Made by a program: the position numbers and the translations under genes
Origin: an uncultured Verrucomicrobiae bacterium
Lineage (GTDB): Bacteria; Verrucomicrobiota; Verrucomicrobiia; Chthoniobacterales; JAFAMB01
DNA: 64,000 bases
Assembly (NCBI GenBank): GCA_963762565.1
Contig: CAVXLD010000010.1
Location: 448,001-512,000, forward strand
Direction of reading: 5' to 3'
Shown: piece after piece, positions 42,059 to 52,818 of the stretch
Position numbering within the stretch: the stretch's first letter is position 1
How the letters are laid out: each line of letters starts with the position of its first letter
Notes under the pieces: generated by a model
Told to the model about the DNA's origin: nothing
The model's input: the letters and a program-made list of their open reading frames with translations, nothing else
The model's database searches: none

Positions 42059-44431
42059 TCAAAATTGGTAACCTACGCTGAATTGGAAACGCCCGGAGGA
42101 GTTATTAAACTTATCCGATTGCAACGGGATACCATAATCCAGTCGGATTGGCCCGATAGGCAGATTTAAACGAAGACCGGCACCGAAGTCGGAATTCACA
42201 TCTCCGGTCCCAAAGTTCCATGAACCAGCGTTCACGAATCCAACGTCATAGAACACAGCGAAACGAACTCGGTCGATAATCGGGATCGTGTACTCGACAG
42301 TGAGTCGGGCCATCGAATTACCACCGATATCATCTCCTTCTGCATCCTTCGGACCGACCCGATCGAAGTCAAAACCTCGGAGGTTATTGGCGCCTCCCAA
42401 GAAAAGTCGATCGTAAATCGGGACCGTGGTTCCTCCACCCCAGTTCGCTACCGTTGCCACTTCGGCGTCAAAAACCAGAATCGTGTCAAAAGGCAAGTGG
42501 AAATATTGTTCTCCCTCCAAATCGAACCCGTAGAGTTGAACATCTCCGCCCAGAGGACCGCCGGCCACATAGATCGAGAAATCCACCCTCTGCCCGGTTC
42601 TGGTTAAGAACGCATTGTCCCGTTTATCGAACGTTATAGTGTACGTGAGCCGGCTCTCCAGCGTCGACCCGGCCTGATCCAAGATCAACGGATCAGTGGT
42701 CGAGATGTCGTAGATGTCCGTCTCCTGCAAACGGTAGGTGAACTTCTGCGCCAGGAAGTTCGTAATCGGTTGGCGCAAGAAGAGGTCGAACCCGTAGTAT
42801 TTCTCGTTGTAGACATTGCTGAAGTAAGACGAATCCAGGTAGAAGGCATCCGTCCCAACGGCCAATCTCTTATCCAGGAAATAGGGTTCCGTAAAATTCG
42901 CGGTGATCTGCTTCTCTTCAGTTCCGATCTGGACTCGTATCCGGAACTTTTCACCGGCGCCCGTGAAGGTGCGCCAATTCAGGATATCAAAGTTTCCTTG
43001 GCTCAGTTCGGCGAAGCCGAGCAATCCCTCATCCGAGCTGAAACCCATACCGAAATTCAAGGACCCTGTGCGCTTTTCTTGGACCACGATATTTAGGTCC
43101 TTTCGTCCGGGCACCAGTGTATCAGAGGCGTAGGAGTCGACCTTTTCGAAATACTGCAACCCTTCAAGTCGTTTCTTACTGATATCCACCCGCACCGTGT
43201 CGAAAACATCACCTGGCGCGAGCACGAGCTCGCGGCGAATCACCTTGTCCTTCGTGCGCGTGTTGCCGCTGATATTGATTCGTTCGACGTACGATTTGAT
43301 CCCTTCTTCGATCTTGTAATGGAGATCGACTAAGCCCGGACCAGCCGGCGTCGTTTGCACCGCCACTTTAGCATCAGCGTAGCCAGCGACTCCGTAAGCG
43401 TCTTCAACCGCTTTAATGTCTTTCTCCAGCTTCTGTGGCGAGAAGATCTGGCCTTCCTTTTGCTTAATCACTTTCCGGAAATTCGCCTCCGTTACCACCT
43501 GTAGTCCCTCGATACTCACCGCGTTAATGTGGTACTGGATGCCCTGGTCGATGTAGATATCGATATCGACGTATTTCGGACCCTCTCGGTTGATCTTGAC
43601 GTCCGTCACCTGAACATCTTCGTAGCCGTCGTCCTGGAACACTTCTTTGATCTTTTGGACGTCCTCATCCAGCTGTGCACTGTTCAGTTTGCCGGCTCCA
43701 GTCAAAAAGGCGATGATATTGTTCTCCTTCGTCTTCATCTCCTTTTTGAGCCGTTTCGACTTAATCGCGACATTCCCCCAGAAGCGGATCTTCTTTACGA
43801 TCGATTTGGTTCCTTCACTGATGGAGTACGTAACGGTGGCAGTCCCTCGGTCTTCGTTGGTCTCGACCTTATATTGAACGTCGACATCCGGGTAGCCTCT
43901 CTTTTGATACAGCTCTACGACCTTCTGGCGGGCCGTCTCCAAGGTCTGCTCATCCAGTGGCGAATTGATCTTTAGCGCCATTTCCTTGCGAATCCTGCCC
44001 ACCTTGACTTTCTCGTTACCCACCACATAGACCCCCGCGAGGGTGACTCGGGTCTGCACCACCACGATGACTTTTACGCCATCCGGCAAAGGTTCACCGT
44101 AAATTCGGACATTGGTCACCAAGCCGGTCGCATAAAGCGCCCGCACATCATCCTCGACGGTGGTCTCTGAATACGGCTGACCAACCGTCGTCTTCATGTT
44201 AGTCAAAATCCGCTGCCGGCTAAGGGTCGCAGGTCCGGCGTACTGGATTTCAATTTGGCGAACAATTGGGGCAGCCGAACGTTGAGGCCCGGGCGGCGTC
44301 GCTTGCGGCTGCGCCGCTGGAGCCTGTGCCGCAGGTGGTTGTTGCTGTTGCGCAAAAACTGTAGACGCGACAAAACCGAACAGAATTAAGCACAATAGCC
44401 ATTTACGTTCGGGCACACGCTTTTGCTTCAT
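42059..44431 (-). CDS. bamA: Outer membrane protein assembly factor BamA
   Basis: POTRA repeats (GNTRTKDKVIRREL), LRGF motif, C-terminal GYQF. Confidence 0.95.
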   Translation of the reverse strand: MKQKRVPERKWLLCLILFGFVASTVFAQQQQPPAAQAPAAQPQATPPGPQRSAAPIVRQIEIQYAGPATLSRQRILTNMKTTVGQPYSETTVEDDVRALYATGLVTNVRIYGEPLPDGVKVIVVVQTRVTLAGVYVVGNEKVKVGRIRKEMALKINSPLDEQTLETARQKVVELYQKRGYPDVDVQYKVETNEDRGTATVTYSISEGTKSIVKKIRFWGNVAIKSKRLKKEMKTKENNIIAFLTGAGKLNSAQLDEDVQKIKEVFQDDGYEDVQVTDVKINREGPKYVDIDIYIDQGIQYHINAVSIEGLQVVTEANFRKVIKQKEGQIFSPQKLEKDIKAVEDAYGVAGYADAKVAVQTTPAGPGLVDLHYKIEEGIKSYVERINISGNTRTKDKVIRRELVLAPGDVFDTVRVDISKKRLEGLQYFEKVDSYASDTLVPGRKDLNIVVQEKRTGSLNFGMGFSSDEGLLGFAELSQGNFDILNWRTFTGAGEKFRIRVQIGTEEKQITANFTEPYFLDKRLAVGTDAFYLDSSYFSNVYNEKYYGFDLFLRQPITNFLAQKFTYRLQETDIYDISTTDPLILDQAGSTLESRLTYTITFDKRDNAFLTRTGQRVDFSIYVAGGPLGGDVQLYGFDLEGEQYFHLPFDTILVFDAEVATVANWGGGTTVPIYDRLFLGGANNLRGFDFDRVGPKDAEGDDIGGNSMARLTVEYTIPIIDRVRFAVFYDVGFVNAGSWNFGTGDVNSDFGAGLRLNLPIGPIRLDYGIPLQSDKFNNSSGRFQFSVGYQF

Positions 44432-44525
44432 AGGTAAAGGGGAGCCAACGATCACAGCGAATGGCGCTAATTCACGACGATGACGTCCAAAACGTCAACC
44501 AGAAAAACCGCGAACGGTCACGCTT

Positions 44526-45617
44526 TCAGTTCAGCAAGCTGTAAACATTGTTTCGGGAGTGTGGTTCATATCCGGCCTCTGTAATTAGCCGCTCGATTTC
44601 CTCCCGCGACAACCGATAGGTCGTACCGGCGCTGCTGACGACGTTTTCTTCCATCATAACGGACCCGTAGTCGTTCGCCCCGTAGCTCAATGCGAGTTGG
44701 CCAATCTTGGGCCCTTGGGTCACCCACGAGCTCTGCAGATTCTCCACATTATCTAGGTAGATCCTCGCCAGGGCCTGGGTCCGCAAATATTCAGCCGAGC
44801 CGACGGGCTTTGCCTTTAACACCACGTTTTCCGGCTGAAACGTCCAGCAAATGAAAGCCGTAAACCCACCGGTCCGATCTTGAAGCTCCCGAATCCGGTC
44901 CAGATGCTCGATCCGGTCTTCTATCGTCTCCACATGTCCGAACATCATCGTGGCGCTGCTCCGCAGGCCTTCCTCGTGAGCGATTTCCATGACTCGCAAC
45001 CACTGCTCGGTATTACACTTCAACGGAGCAATCCGGTTGCGCACCCGGTCCACCAGAATCTCGCCTCCGCCTCCCGGGATTGAGCCCAGCCCGGCTTCAC
45101 GAAATTTCAGAATGACGTCTCGCATGGGCATTCCGAATACCTCAGCGAAATGGTTGAACTCAGGAGGGCTGAATGCGTGGATATTGATCTGGGGAAATCT
45201 CTCGCGGATATGGCTAAGCAGATTCAGATAATAATCGACCCCCAATTTTGGGTTGTGCCCCCCTTGCATTAAAATTTGTACGCCTCCGATGCTGACCAGC
45301 TCATCGATCTTCTGGTCGATCTGTTCGTGAGTTAGCACATAAAAATCAGGGTCTTTTTCGGTGCGATAGAACGCGCAAAATTTGCAATAAACGTTGCAAA
45401 CGTTCGTGTAGTTGATGTTGCGTTCAACGATATACGTGACGATCTCGTTCCCGTGGCCCCCATAGGCGTCTGCTTTCGCCAATTTGCGCCGATGATCAGC
45501 CAATGCGCCCAGCTCTTCAATCGGGAGCCGATACAATTCCAACGCTTCTTCTTTATCGATTCGATCGCCGTCGAGCACCTTATCAACAACATCCGCGCTG
45601 GAAATCAGGGAATTCAT
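44526..45617 (-). CDS. mqnC: Cyclic dehypoxanthine futalosine synthase (radical SAM)
   Basis: RNINYTNVCNVYCKFCAF, QSSWVTQG, MMEENVVSSAG; start corrected to ATG 45617. Confidence 0.9.
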   Translation of the reverse strand: MNSLISSADVVDKVLDGDRIDKEEALELYRLPIEELGALADHRRKLAKADAYGGHGNEIVTYIVERNINYTNVCNVYCKFCAFYRTEKDPDFYVLTHEQIDQKIDELVSIGGVQILMQGGHNPKLGVDYYLNLLSHIRERFPQINIHAFSPPEFNHFAEVFGMPMRDVILKFREAGLGSIPGGGGEILVDRVRNRIAPLKCNTEQWLRVMEIAHEEGLRSSATMMFGHVETIEDRIEHLDRIRELQDRTGGFTAFICWTFQPENVVLKAKPVGSAEYLRTQALARIYLDNVENLQSSWVTQGPKIGQLALSYGANDYGSVMMEENVVSSAGTTYRLSREEIERLITEAGYEPHSRNNVYSLLN

Positions 45618-45729
45618 TCGCTGAGCTAGTATTAAACCAGTCCTTTGGCGCATGCCAGTGCGTTTCGCGAGACCGAATCGTCCCCGTTCTCGTCGTCGTC
45701 CTCGATTCGAGCGGAGTTGGTCCAACGCC

Positions 45730-45965
45730 TGGAGGGGAGCCGCTTTATAGTGTGGCAGCTCTGTCGGATGGCAGCAGGCGGCTCCCGGGAATTACCCATC
45801 GCTTGCAGCTCTGCCGCCTTTCGTTCCAAACCAATGGAGACGATGGATAAAACGTGGCGCTGGGTTATTCGCGGGAGCCGCCTGTTCTCTTCGTCTTTCG
45901 TCACATCAAGCCCTGGTCCAAATGTAGCGAGGTCGTCCGATACGCCCCAAAGCGGCTCCCCTCCA
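45730..45965. repeat. Family K GGAG REPIN-like element, full copy K1
   Basis: TGGAGGGGAGCCGCTTT-N28-CAGGCGGCTCCCGGGAATTACCCATCGC ... GCGCTGGGTTATTCGCGGGAGCCGCCTG-N64-AAAGCGGCTCCCCTCCA. Confidence 0.85.
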
Positions 45966-46036
45966 TACTCAATCCGAAGCCGGCGACGATCCATGCTGGA
46001 AACCTGCGCTAGAAATGGCCACATTGGTGCCAAAGC

Positions 46037-47056
46037 GTGGCCGAGAACTTTTACCAAGAAACGATCCAATCGCCGAAGAGCCCGTTTGACCTTTCGCTAC
46101 GGCCTCCGTTGTTCTCGGAATTTCAAGGGCAGGCTCGGGTCAAAGAGCGGTTAGAACTGATGGTAGCCGCCGCCAAACAACGCGGCGATGTGCTTGAACA
46201 TATCTTACTAAGCGGTCCCCCCGGATTGGGAAAAACGAGCCTGGCGTTCATTTTGGCCAACTCGATGGCTGTCAACATCAAATCGACGAGCGGTCCCATG
46301 ATTGAAAGGGCAGGGGATTTGGCCGGCCTCCTGACCACGCTTGAACGGGGCGATATCCTATTTATCGATGAAATCCACCGGCTCCAGCCGGCCATAGAGG
46401 AGTATCTCTACCCGGCTATGGAAGATTTCCGGCTGGATATCATCATCGACCAAGGACCGAATGCTCGGAGCGTACGGCTGAACCTGCCCAAGTTTACTCT
46501 GGTAGGCGCAACCACTCGCGCCGGTTTGATTAGTTCACCGTTGCGCTCCCGCTTCGGTATGATCAGCCGGCTCGACTATTACAGTGTCGAAGAGCTGACC
46601 AACGTCATTGACCGGAGCGCTGGCCTTATCGGGGTGACCATCGACAAGGAAGGCTCTCGCGAAATCGCTGCTCGGTCACGCGGCACTCCCAGAATCGCGA
46701 ATAATCTGCTGCGTTGGGTCCGCGATTACGCTCAAGTCAAAGCGAACGGCGCAATCGACACAGAGGTGGCAGATCTTGCCTTGAAAATGCTCGATATCGA
46801 CAACGACGGATTAGACGAGATGGACAAACGGCTGTTAGAGGCCCTGATCTCTCGATTTCAGGGCGGCCCCGTCGGTCTTAATTCTCTCGCCGTCTCAGTC
46901 GGTGAGGATGCAGGTACTATCGAGGAAGTGAACGAGCCCTATCTGATTCAAGAAGGCTACATCCAACGAACAGCTCAGGGTCGGGTCGCATTAGCCAAAG
47001 CATACAAAAAGTTGGGCCTGGAACGATCCTCTCATGGACAGAAGGAGCTGTTCTAA
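46037..47056 (+). CDS. ruvB: Holliday junction DNA helicase RuvB
   Basis: [30 protein letters not shown]. Confidence 0.97.
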   Translation: MAENFYQETIQSPKSPFDLSLRPPLFSEFQGQARVKERLELMVAAAKQRGDVLEHILLSGPPGLGKTSLAFILANSMAVNIKSTSGPMIERAGDLAGLLTTLERGDILFIDEIHRLQPAIEEYLYPAMEDFRLDIIIDQGPNARSVRLNLPKFTLVGATTRAGLISSPLRSRFGMISRLDYYSVEELTNVIDRSAGLIGVTIDKEGSREIAARSRGTPRIANNLLRWVRDYAQVKANGAIDTEVADLALKMLDIDNDGLDEMDKRLLEALISRFQGGPVGLNSLAVSVGEDAGTIEEVNEPYLIQEGYIQRTAQGRVALAKAYKKLGLERSSHGQKELF

Positions 47057-47058
47057 GA

Positions 47059-47323
47059 GCAGGAGCTAGGAGCTAGAATCTAGGAGCTAGTAGGGGGTCG
47101 CGAGGAGATCGTAATCGTCCTCGTTCTCGTCGTCGTCCTCGTCCTCGATAAAGCGCGCTAGCAGTACCGATGTCACAAACCAAGGCGTGTTCGCGAAGAT
47201 AGAATTCGTGGGTAATTCGAAGGCGGTCGGAGAAGACACGCCGTCTCGAGGAGGAAGAACGAGCACGATTACGAACCAATGGCGCGCCCTCCTAGCTCCT
47301 AGATTCTAGCTCCTAGCTCCTGC
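47059..47323. repeat. 37-bp inverted repeat of AGCTAGG heptamers enclosing an inverted pair of TCGTCC hexamer arrays
   Basis: Arms 47059-47095 and 47287-47323 differ at 1 of 37 positions. Inner arrays at ~47108-47149 and ~47246-47274. Confidence 0.9.
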
Positions 47324-47326
47324 CTG

Positions 47327-48295
47327 CTAGTTGCTCGCCTCGTTTCGGGGCTTCCGCTTAACCCGCAACGGTATCGGCGAATTATCCTCATAATGTATGG
47401 TTGAAGGCCAGATGAGTCGCCAAGGCTGTTCCTTCACCTTGCCTGAGAGTTCAGTCATATCAGCGGCGAAGATGTTCACTTTGGGAAAAAACACGTTCAA
47501 TTCCTCCTGAACCTGACTCAACAGAGATTTTAGTCGGCCTGATGCAGCGTCAAAATTCGCCAACGTCTTTCCTAGATTGTCATCCTTCTGTACTTGGTCC
47601 ACCAATCCTTGGACGTCCTTGAGCGTTGTCTGTACCTCCTGCAGCGTTTGATCAACAGACCCTCCTTTTGCCGTAAGCTCCCGGAAATTTCGGCCGACTA
47701 CCTGAAAACTGTCGAGTGTTTTGTCTAATGAGGCCAAAAAGGTTGAATCCTTACCGGTTAACCGAGTGAGATTCTCAGCGGTGCGACGGAGCTCCAGCAG
47801 CGTATCGGTGGCTTGGTTCAGCATGGGCTCCAATTCCAGAACGATCGTGGTACCAACTTCACCCAAATCCGGTGAACGCGCACCAACGAACGAGTCTCCG
47901 TTAACCGCTCTGCCCGATTTTGGATTTCCTTGTGTAAAATCAATGACCGACTCCGCTAAGAGTCCAAAGGAACGCATGGTTACGCTATTTTCTTTGAATA
48001 TCTCGGCATCCGCAGAAACCTGCACCGTGATAACAGCTTCATAGTTTGGCTTGCCGGCCGGCCTCTCTGAAATTGGTACCGGAGATTGGATGAAATCCAC
48101 GGTTCCAATCTTTCTCCCGGCTAGAGTTACGATAGCGCCCGGCTTAATCGCTGCCGCATCATCGAAAAAGACTCGATAGTGTACGATCGGCCGGAATAAT
48201 CCCGGCGCCGACAAATAGAGCACGATCCCGACCAATAGGCCGACGGTCAGAACCACCAGGATGCCCGTCCGAATCTCACTACGTATTATCTGCAT
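47327..48295 (-). CDS. mlaD: MCE/MlaD family protein
   Basis: N-terminal TM, FDDAAAIKPGAIVTLAGRKIGTV, helical C-terminus; operon context. Confidence 0.85.
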   Translation of the reverse strand: MQIIRSEIRTGILVVLTVGLLVGIVLYLSAPGLFRPIVHYRVFFDDAAAIKPGAIVTLAGRKIGTVDFIQSPVPISERPAGKPNYEAVITVQVSADAEIFKENSVTMRSFGLLAESVIDFTQGNPKSGRAVNGDSFVGARSPDLGEVGTTIVLELEPMLNQATDTLLELRRTAENLTRLTGKDSTFLASLDKTLDSFQVVGRNFRELTAKGGSVDQTLQEVQTTLKDVQGLVDQVQKDDNLGKTLANFDAASGRLKSLLSQVQEELNVFFPKVNIFAADMTELSGKVKEQPWRLIWPSTIHYEDNSPIPLRVKRKPRNEASN

Positions 48296-49061
48296 CGGGC
48301 AATTTTTCAGTCATCGGACCTTCAACTCCGCCGGTAACAAATTGACGAACGACAGGGTCGTCCGAGCTCTTGAATTCTTCCGGATCACTGTCCTGGATAA
48401 TCGTACCCTGATAAAGCATGGCCATGCGCGTGGCGATCCTAAAAGCGCTGTCCATCTCATGGGTAACGATAACCGAAGTCGTATTTGTCTTCTCCGTGAG
48501 ATTAATAATCAATTCATCGATCACCGAGCTCATAACCGGATCGAGTCCAGCCGAGGGCTCATCGAACAACACCAACTCAGGATCGAGCATGAGCGCTCGA
48601 GCCAAGCTGACCCGTTTTCGCATACCGCCGCTAAGCTCAGAAGGCATTTTGCTTTCGGTCCCACTCATCCCAACCATGGCCAGCTTTCCTTCAACCAAGT
48701 TATCGATTTCGCTTTCCGATTTTCGGCCCAATTCGCGTATCGGCAGAGCTAGGTTATCCCTGACATTCAAGGAGCTGATTAGAGCCGAGTATTGGTACAC
48801 CATCCCTATTCTACTTCGTAGCAAATTCAGTTTGCTTCTACTTAAGCGACTCACTCGCAAATGCTTGTACTTTATTTCACCTCCGGTTGGCTTCAAGATC
48901 CCTAGAATCAATCGCAACATCGTACTTTTCCCTCCCCCGCTTTGACCGAGAATGACCAAGCGATCTTGAGGAAAGATTTTTAGTTCGATCCCATTGAGGA
49001 CAGGTTTCCCGGCAAACGCTAGGAAAACCTGGTTCAAGTGGACCAATGGCGTCTCCGTCAT
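48279..49061 (-). CDS. mlaF: MlaF-like ABC ATPase
   Basis: GQSGGGKS, LSGGMRKRV, DEPSAGLDP. Confidence 0.9.
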   Translation of the reverse strand: MTETPLVHLNQVFLAFAGKPVLNGIELKIFPQDRLVILGQSGGGKSTMLRLILGILKPTGGEIKYKHLRVSRLSRSKLNLLRSRIGMVYQYSALISSLNVRDNLALPIRELGRKSESEIDNLVEGKLAMVGMSGTESKMPSELSGGMRKRVSLARALMLDPELVLFDEPSAGLDPVMSSVIDELIINLTEKTNTTSVIVTHEMDSAFRIATRMAMLYQGTIIQDSDPEEFKSSDDPVVRQFVTGGVEGPMTEKLPDADNT

Positions 49062-49849
49062 TTGGTGTACTGAGTAACGATTACATTAAAAAGGCTATCG
49101 AACCCGATCACGCTCGTGATCGCGATCACCACGCTCCCTGTGGTGGCTCGGCCGACACCTTCCGCTCCGCCGGTGACCGTGAGGCCCTTAAAACACGCGA
49201 TGAGCCCGATAACCAGACCGAAGAAAGCAGCTTTGAAAAATCCGATTACGATATCGTTAACCAACAGACTGCTCAGAACCGCGTCGAAAAAGAACGCTGG
49301 CACGATGTTTAGGGTCACCCAAGAAATCAGACACGAACCTATCAGCGCTGCCACAACCGAACAAACCGAGAGACAGGGCATCGCCCCCACAATCGCTACC
49401 AGGCGCGGAGCCACCAGGAACCGGAGCGGCCCTATCCCCATGGCTTCGATGGCTTCCACTTCCTCAGCGACTTGCATGGTGCCGAGCTCAGCTGTAAACG
49501 CGGCGCCGATTCTCGCTGCCAGCACAATTCCGGTTATCAGAGGCCCAAGCTCCCTGGTAAACGCAATCGCAATCAGGGAAGGGATCAACCGCTCCACTCC
49601 AAACTTCAACAGCTGATATCCCGTCAGCAACGCCATGGTTAACCCCAGAAAGAAGGAGACCATCAAAACCAACGGCACCGACCCGACCGCAGTACGATCT
49701 GTTTGGGTAAAGAGAGCGGAAAGCCGAAACGGCAAACGTCCCCGCCGAACGTTGTCGGCCATCTCTTCTGCAGTATTCAGCAGAAGCCAAACGATACTCC
49801 CCAGGTTAACCAGGGCATTCCGCGTCAAGAAACCGATCCGATAGAGCAA
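49058..49849 (-). CDS. mlaE: MlaE family ABC permease
   Basis: RELGPL, AELGTMQVAEEVEAIEAMG, GAEGVGRATT. Confidence 0.92.
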   Translation of the reverse strand: MLYRIGFLTRNALVNLGSIVWLLLNTAEEMADNVRRGRLPFRLSALFTQTDRTAVGSVPLVLMVSFFLGLTMALLTGYQLLKFGVERLIPSLIAIAFTRELGPLITGIVLAARIGAAFTAELGTMQVAEEVEAIEAMGIGPLRFLVAPRLVAIVGAMPCLSVCSVVAALIGSCLISWVTLNIVPAFFFDAVLSSLLVNDIVIGFFKAAFFGLVIGLIACFKGLTVTGGAEGVGRATTGSVVIAITSVIGFDSLFNVIVTQYTK

Positions 49850-49896
49850 ACGCTACTTATTAGGCCGAGCGGGCGGGGAATCAAGGCTGATTAGTT

Positions 49897-50106
49897 GGTA
49901 GGGCGAGGCTCCCGAATACCTCGACGCCGCAACGAAGCAAAATAGCTTGCCGTGATGATTCGGTACGTTAGGCCTGAGATCGCGCCGAGCCGGGGGTTGC
50001 GCTAACCACGGCTCGGCGCGCACCAAGGTCCAACAAACTATGCGGCAGCGGTAAAGCCGGTCGCGCTGTGAAAATACTTCCCTCTTTGCGGGAGCCTCGC
50101 CCTACC
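49897..50106. repeat. Family C element, copy C4
   Basis: Four blocks; spacers N68/N16/N70. Confidence 0.9.
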
Positions 50107-50123
50107 AAGCCACCTCTCACCTC

Positions 50124-51881
50124 TCACTTCTCACTAATCACTTCCTCCACGTCGCTCTCCGTCACAAACAACCCACTCTGATACAACCGGCGATAGATTC
50201 CGTTGGCGAGCAATAGCTCATCGTGTGTGCCGCGCTCCACAATCGCGCCGTCTTCCAGTACCAGGATCTGGTCTGCCTGGCGGATCGTCGAGAGTCGATG
50301 AGCGATCACAAAACTAGTTCTCCCCAGAAGCAGGCGTTGCAGAGCCGCTTGAATCTCGCGCTCCGTCTCCGTATCCACGCTGGCTGTCGCTTCATCCAGC
50401 ACCAAGATCGGTGGATCTTTCAAAAGGGCGCGCGCGATCGAAAGCCTCTGTTTCTCGCCTACACTGAGTTTGACTCCGCGCTCGCCAACCTTTGAGTCCA
50501 GCCCTCCAGGCAGTTTTCTGACAAAATCGATCGCAAATGCGGCGGTTAACGCTTCCTCCAACTCTTCCTCAGAAGCGCTCGGATTACCGAAGAGAAGATT
50601 CTCCCTGACCGAGCCGTTAAATAAGAAGGTCTCCTGGGTGACAAACCCAACGATTCGACGCAGCGTCGCTTTCGAGAACTGCCGGATCGAGCGTTCGTCC
50701 ACCAGAATCTCGCCTCCTTGAGGACCGAGCTCATAGAAACGGAGCAAGAGACTAACCAAAGTCGATTTCCCAGCTCCGGTGTGACCCACCAACGCGATCA
50801 TTTGCCCAGGCGAAGCCGATAACGAGATGTTTCGAAGTGCCAGCCGCCCGGGTACATAGCCGAAACTAACGTTCCTATATTCAACGGCGCCCAACGGGCT
50901 AAAATCCTCATCCGGAGCAGAGGTCTCCTCGCGGGGTTGATCCATGATCTCGTACAAACGATCAGCCGCCGCCCGGCTGCTCTGCACCATTTGATTCAAG
51001 CTATGGAGCCGGCTCACTGGTTCATACAGGAAACGCACCAGAATCAGGCTGCCGACTAGTTCTCCCACCCCCATCTGCCCATGCAAGACGGCGTTTCCGC
51101 CAAACCCGGTCACCATGACGAGTCCGCATCCGGCGAAAAACTCCATACTGGGATCGTAGATCGCCCAGGCTTTCATCACGACGAGAGTCGCCTCCTTTAA
51201 CTTAGCTCCTGCCTGGTTAAATCGTCCATGTTCCGCGTTTTCCCTCGCGTAAGCTTTGATCTGCCGGATCCCGGCCAAGTTGTCATGCAGGAGAGCGTTC
51301 ATCCCAGAGGCCGCTTTTCTCTGCCGGGCATAACGGGATTTGGCCGTCAAAGTGTACCAAAGCGCGCCTGCGACCAGAAAGGGGAGCGGGGTCAGAGCCA
51401 AGAAACCCAACCAAGGCTCTGTGGCAATCAGCATGCCGGCCACAATGATGATTTGCAAAACGGCGACACTGCCTTGCTCAATTCCGTCGATAAGGACTCG
51501 CTCGACCGCATTAACATCCTCAACGACCCGGGTCATGATATCTCCGGTCGCCTGTTGATCGAACCAAGACAACGGCAGCCGTTGAATGTGGTTATACAGA
51601 TCGCTTCTCAGATCGAAGATAACGCGTTGTTCAAAGGTGTTATTGAGGAGAATCCGCAGACCGTTAGCTAGGTTTTGCACCCCGAAAGCACCCAACGCCA
51701 CCAGAGCCAGAGGGAGGATCAACTCCGGATGATGCCCGCGCACACCATCGTCGATGATCCGCTGTGTCACCCCGGGAAACACCACTACCGTGACCGTCGC
51801 CAGGATCGCAAACCCAAGGTTCCCGGCCGCTAACCACGGATATCGGCGCAAATAACGAAAAACACGAAAGATCGTCGGCAT
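50124..51881 (-). CDS. ABC exporter, fused permease/ATPase (MsbA/MdlB-like)
   Basis: TM domain, GHTGAGKS, LSVGEKQR, LDEATA. Confidence 0.92.
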   Translation of the reverse strand: MPTIFRVFRYLRRYPWLAAGNLGFAILATVTVVVFPGVTQRIIDDGVRGHHPELILPLALVALGAFGVQNLANGLRILLNNTFEQRVIFDLRSDLYNHIQRLPLSWFDQQATGDIMTRVVEDVNAVERVLIDGIEQGSVAVLQIIIVAGMLIATEPWLGFLALTPLPFLVAGALWYTLTAKSRYARQRKAASGMNALLHDNLAGIRQIKAYARENAEHGRFNQAGAKLKEATLVVMKAWAIYDPSMEFFAGCGLVMVTGFGGNAVLHGQMGVGELVGSLILVRFLYEPVSRLHSLNQMVQSSRAAADRLYEIMDQPREETSAPDEDFSPLGAVEYRNVSFGYVPGRLALRNISLSASPGQMIALVGHTGAGKSTLVSLLLRFYELGPQGGEILVDERSIRQFSKATLRRIVGFVTQETFLFNGSVRENLLFGNPSASEEELEEALTAAFAIDFVRKLPGGLDSKVGERGVKLSVGEKQRLSIARALLKDPPILVLDEATASVDTETEREIQAALQRLLLGRTSFVIAHRLSTIRQADQILVLEDGAIVERGTHDELLLANGIYRRLYQSGLFVTESDVEEVISEK

Positions 51882-51934
51882 TCGAACTATTTCCTACTAA
51901 CCGCATCGGAAAAGCTCGCAACCGAAAACGCCGA

Positions 51935-52062
51935 ACTAGGAGCTAGGAGCTAGAATCCAGGAGCTAGGAGGTCCACCTCTCACCTCTCACCCGTTCGACG
52001 CGCTAAATACCTGCTCAGGGCAGGCCTTTCACCTTTCACCAATCACTAATCACCAATCACCG
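51935..52062. repeat. Composite of AGCTAGG array, CTCTCAC/AATCACC array and a ~35-bp nested mini-element (51991-52025)
   Basis: CTAGGAGCTAGGAGCTAGAATCCAGGAGCTAGGAG, then CACCTCTCACCTCTCAC-[CCGTTCGAC..GCTCAGGGCAGGC]-CTTTCACCTTTCACCAATCAC. Confidence 0.8.
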
Positions 52063-52597
52063 AACCTTCCACACGCCACGTTCCCGGCGCCAAATCGCCT
52101 AGCCACAAACCACCGATGCGAACCCGGACCAGACGTAACGTCGGATACCCAACCGCAGCCGTCATTCGCCGAACCTGCCTATTCTTTCCTTCCATTAACA
52201 CCATGCTCAACCAGGAGTCCGGCACCGTCTTCCGATAGCGTATGGGAGGATCTCGAGGCCCAATCGGCGGCGCCGGATCCAGTCGCCTGACGCGGCACGG
52301 CAACGTCCTGCGCCCCTGGATCAAAATTCCGGTTTCTAACCGGCGAAGCTCTTTGTCGCCCGGCAAGCCCTCGACTTGAACCCAATATTCTCGTTCATGT
52401 CCACGTTCAGGATTCAAAATCCGCGCATTCCACCGAGCCTCGTCACTGAGCAACAAAAGTCCCTCTGAGTCAGCATCCAGTCTCCCAATCGGATAAACAG
52501 CCGGAGGAAAACCGAAGCCGGCCAGGCTCGGACGGTTTGAACCGTCTGAGGTGAACTGTGAGACTACGCCAAATGGCTTGTGAAAGGCGATCAACAC
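52046..52597 (-). CDS. rRNA pseudouridine synthase (RluE-like)
   Basis: FHKPFGV, GRLDADSEGLLLL, EGKNRQVRRMTA; no S4 domain. Confidence 0.9.
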   Translation of the reverse strand: MLIAFHKPFGVVSQFTSDGSNRPSLAGFGFPPAVYPIGRLDADSEGLLLLSDEARWNARILNPERGHEREYWVQVEGLPGDKELRRLETGILIQGRRTLPCRVRRLDPAPPIGPRDPPIRYRKTVPDSWLSMVLMEGKNRQVRRMTAAVGYPTLRLVRVRIGGLWLGDLAPGTWRVEGSVIGD

Positions 52598-52603
52598 GTG
52601 TTT

Positions 52604-52818
52604 GGTAGGGCGAGGCTCCCGAATGACGATTTACATTCGCAGGGCTCCTAAACGGTCACAACAACATCATAAGCAACGCCGACCGCTCGCCGAGCCGGAC
52701 CCAGCGCGAAACCGGGGGGCAACGGCTCGGCAGGCTAGCGACCTATTGTGCTAAGGATCAGGAACCGCTGTGGGCTTCGGAAAGAGCGCTAGATTATTCC
52801 GGAGCCTCGCCATCTACC
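52604..52818. repeat. Family C element, copy C5
   Basis: Four blocks; spacers N66/N25/N66. Confidence 0.9.

Noticed and set aside
45632..46154. ORFs 45632-46069 and 45645-46154 in the mqnC-ruvB gap
   Set aside because: Composed of the hexamer array and K1 element, and they overlap the ruvB start.
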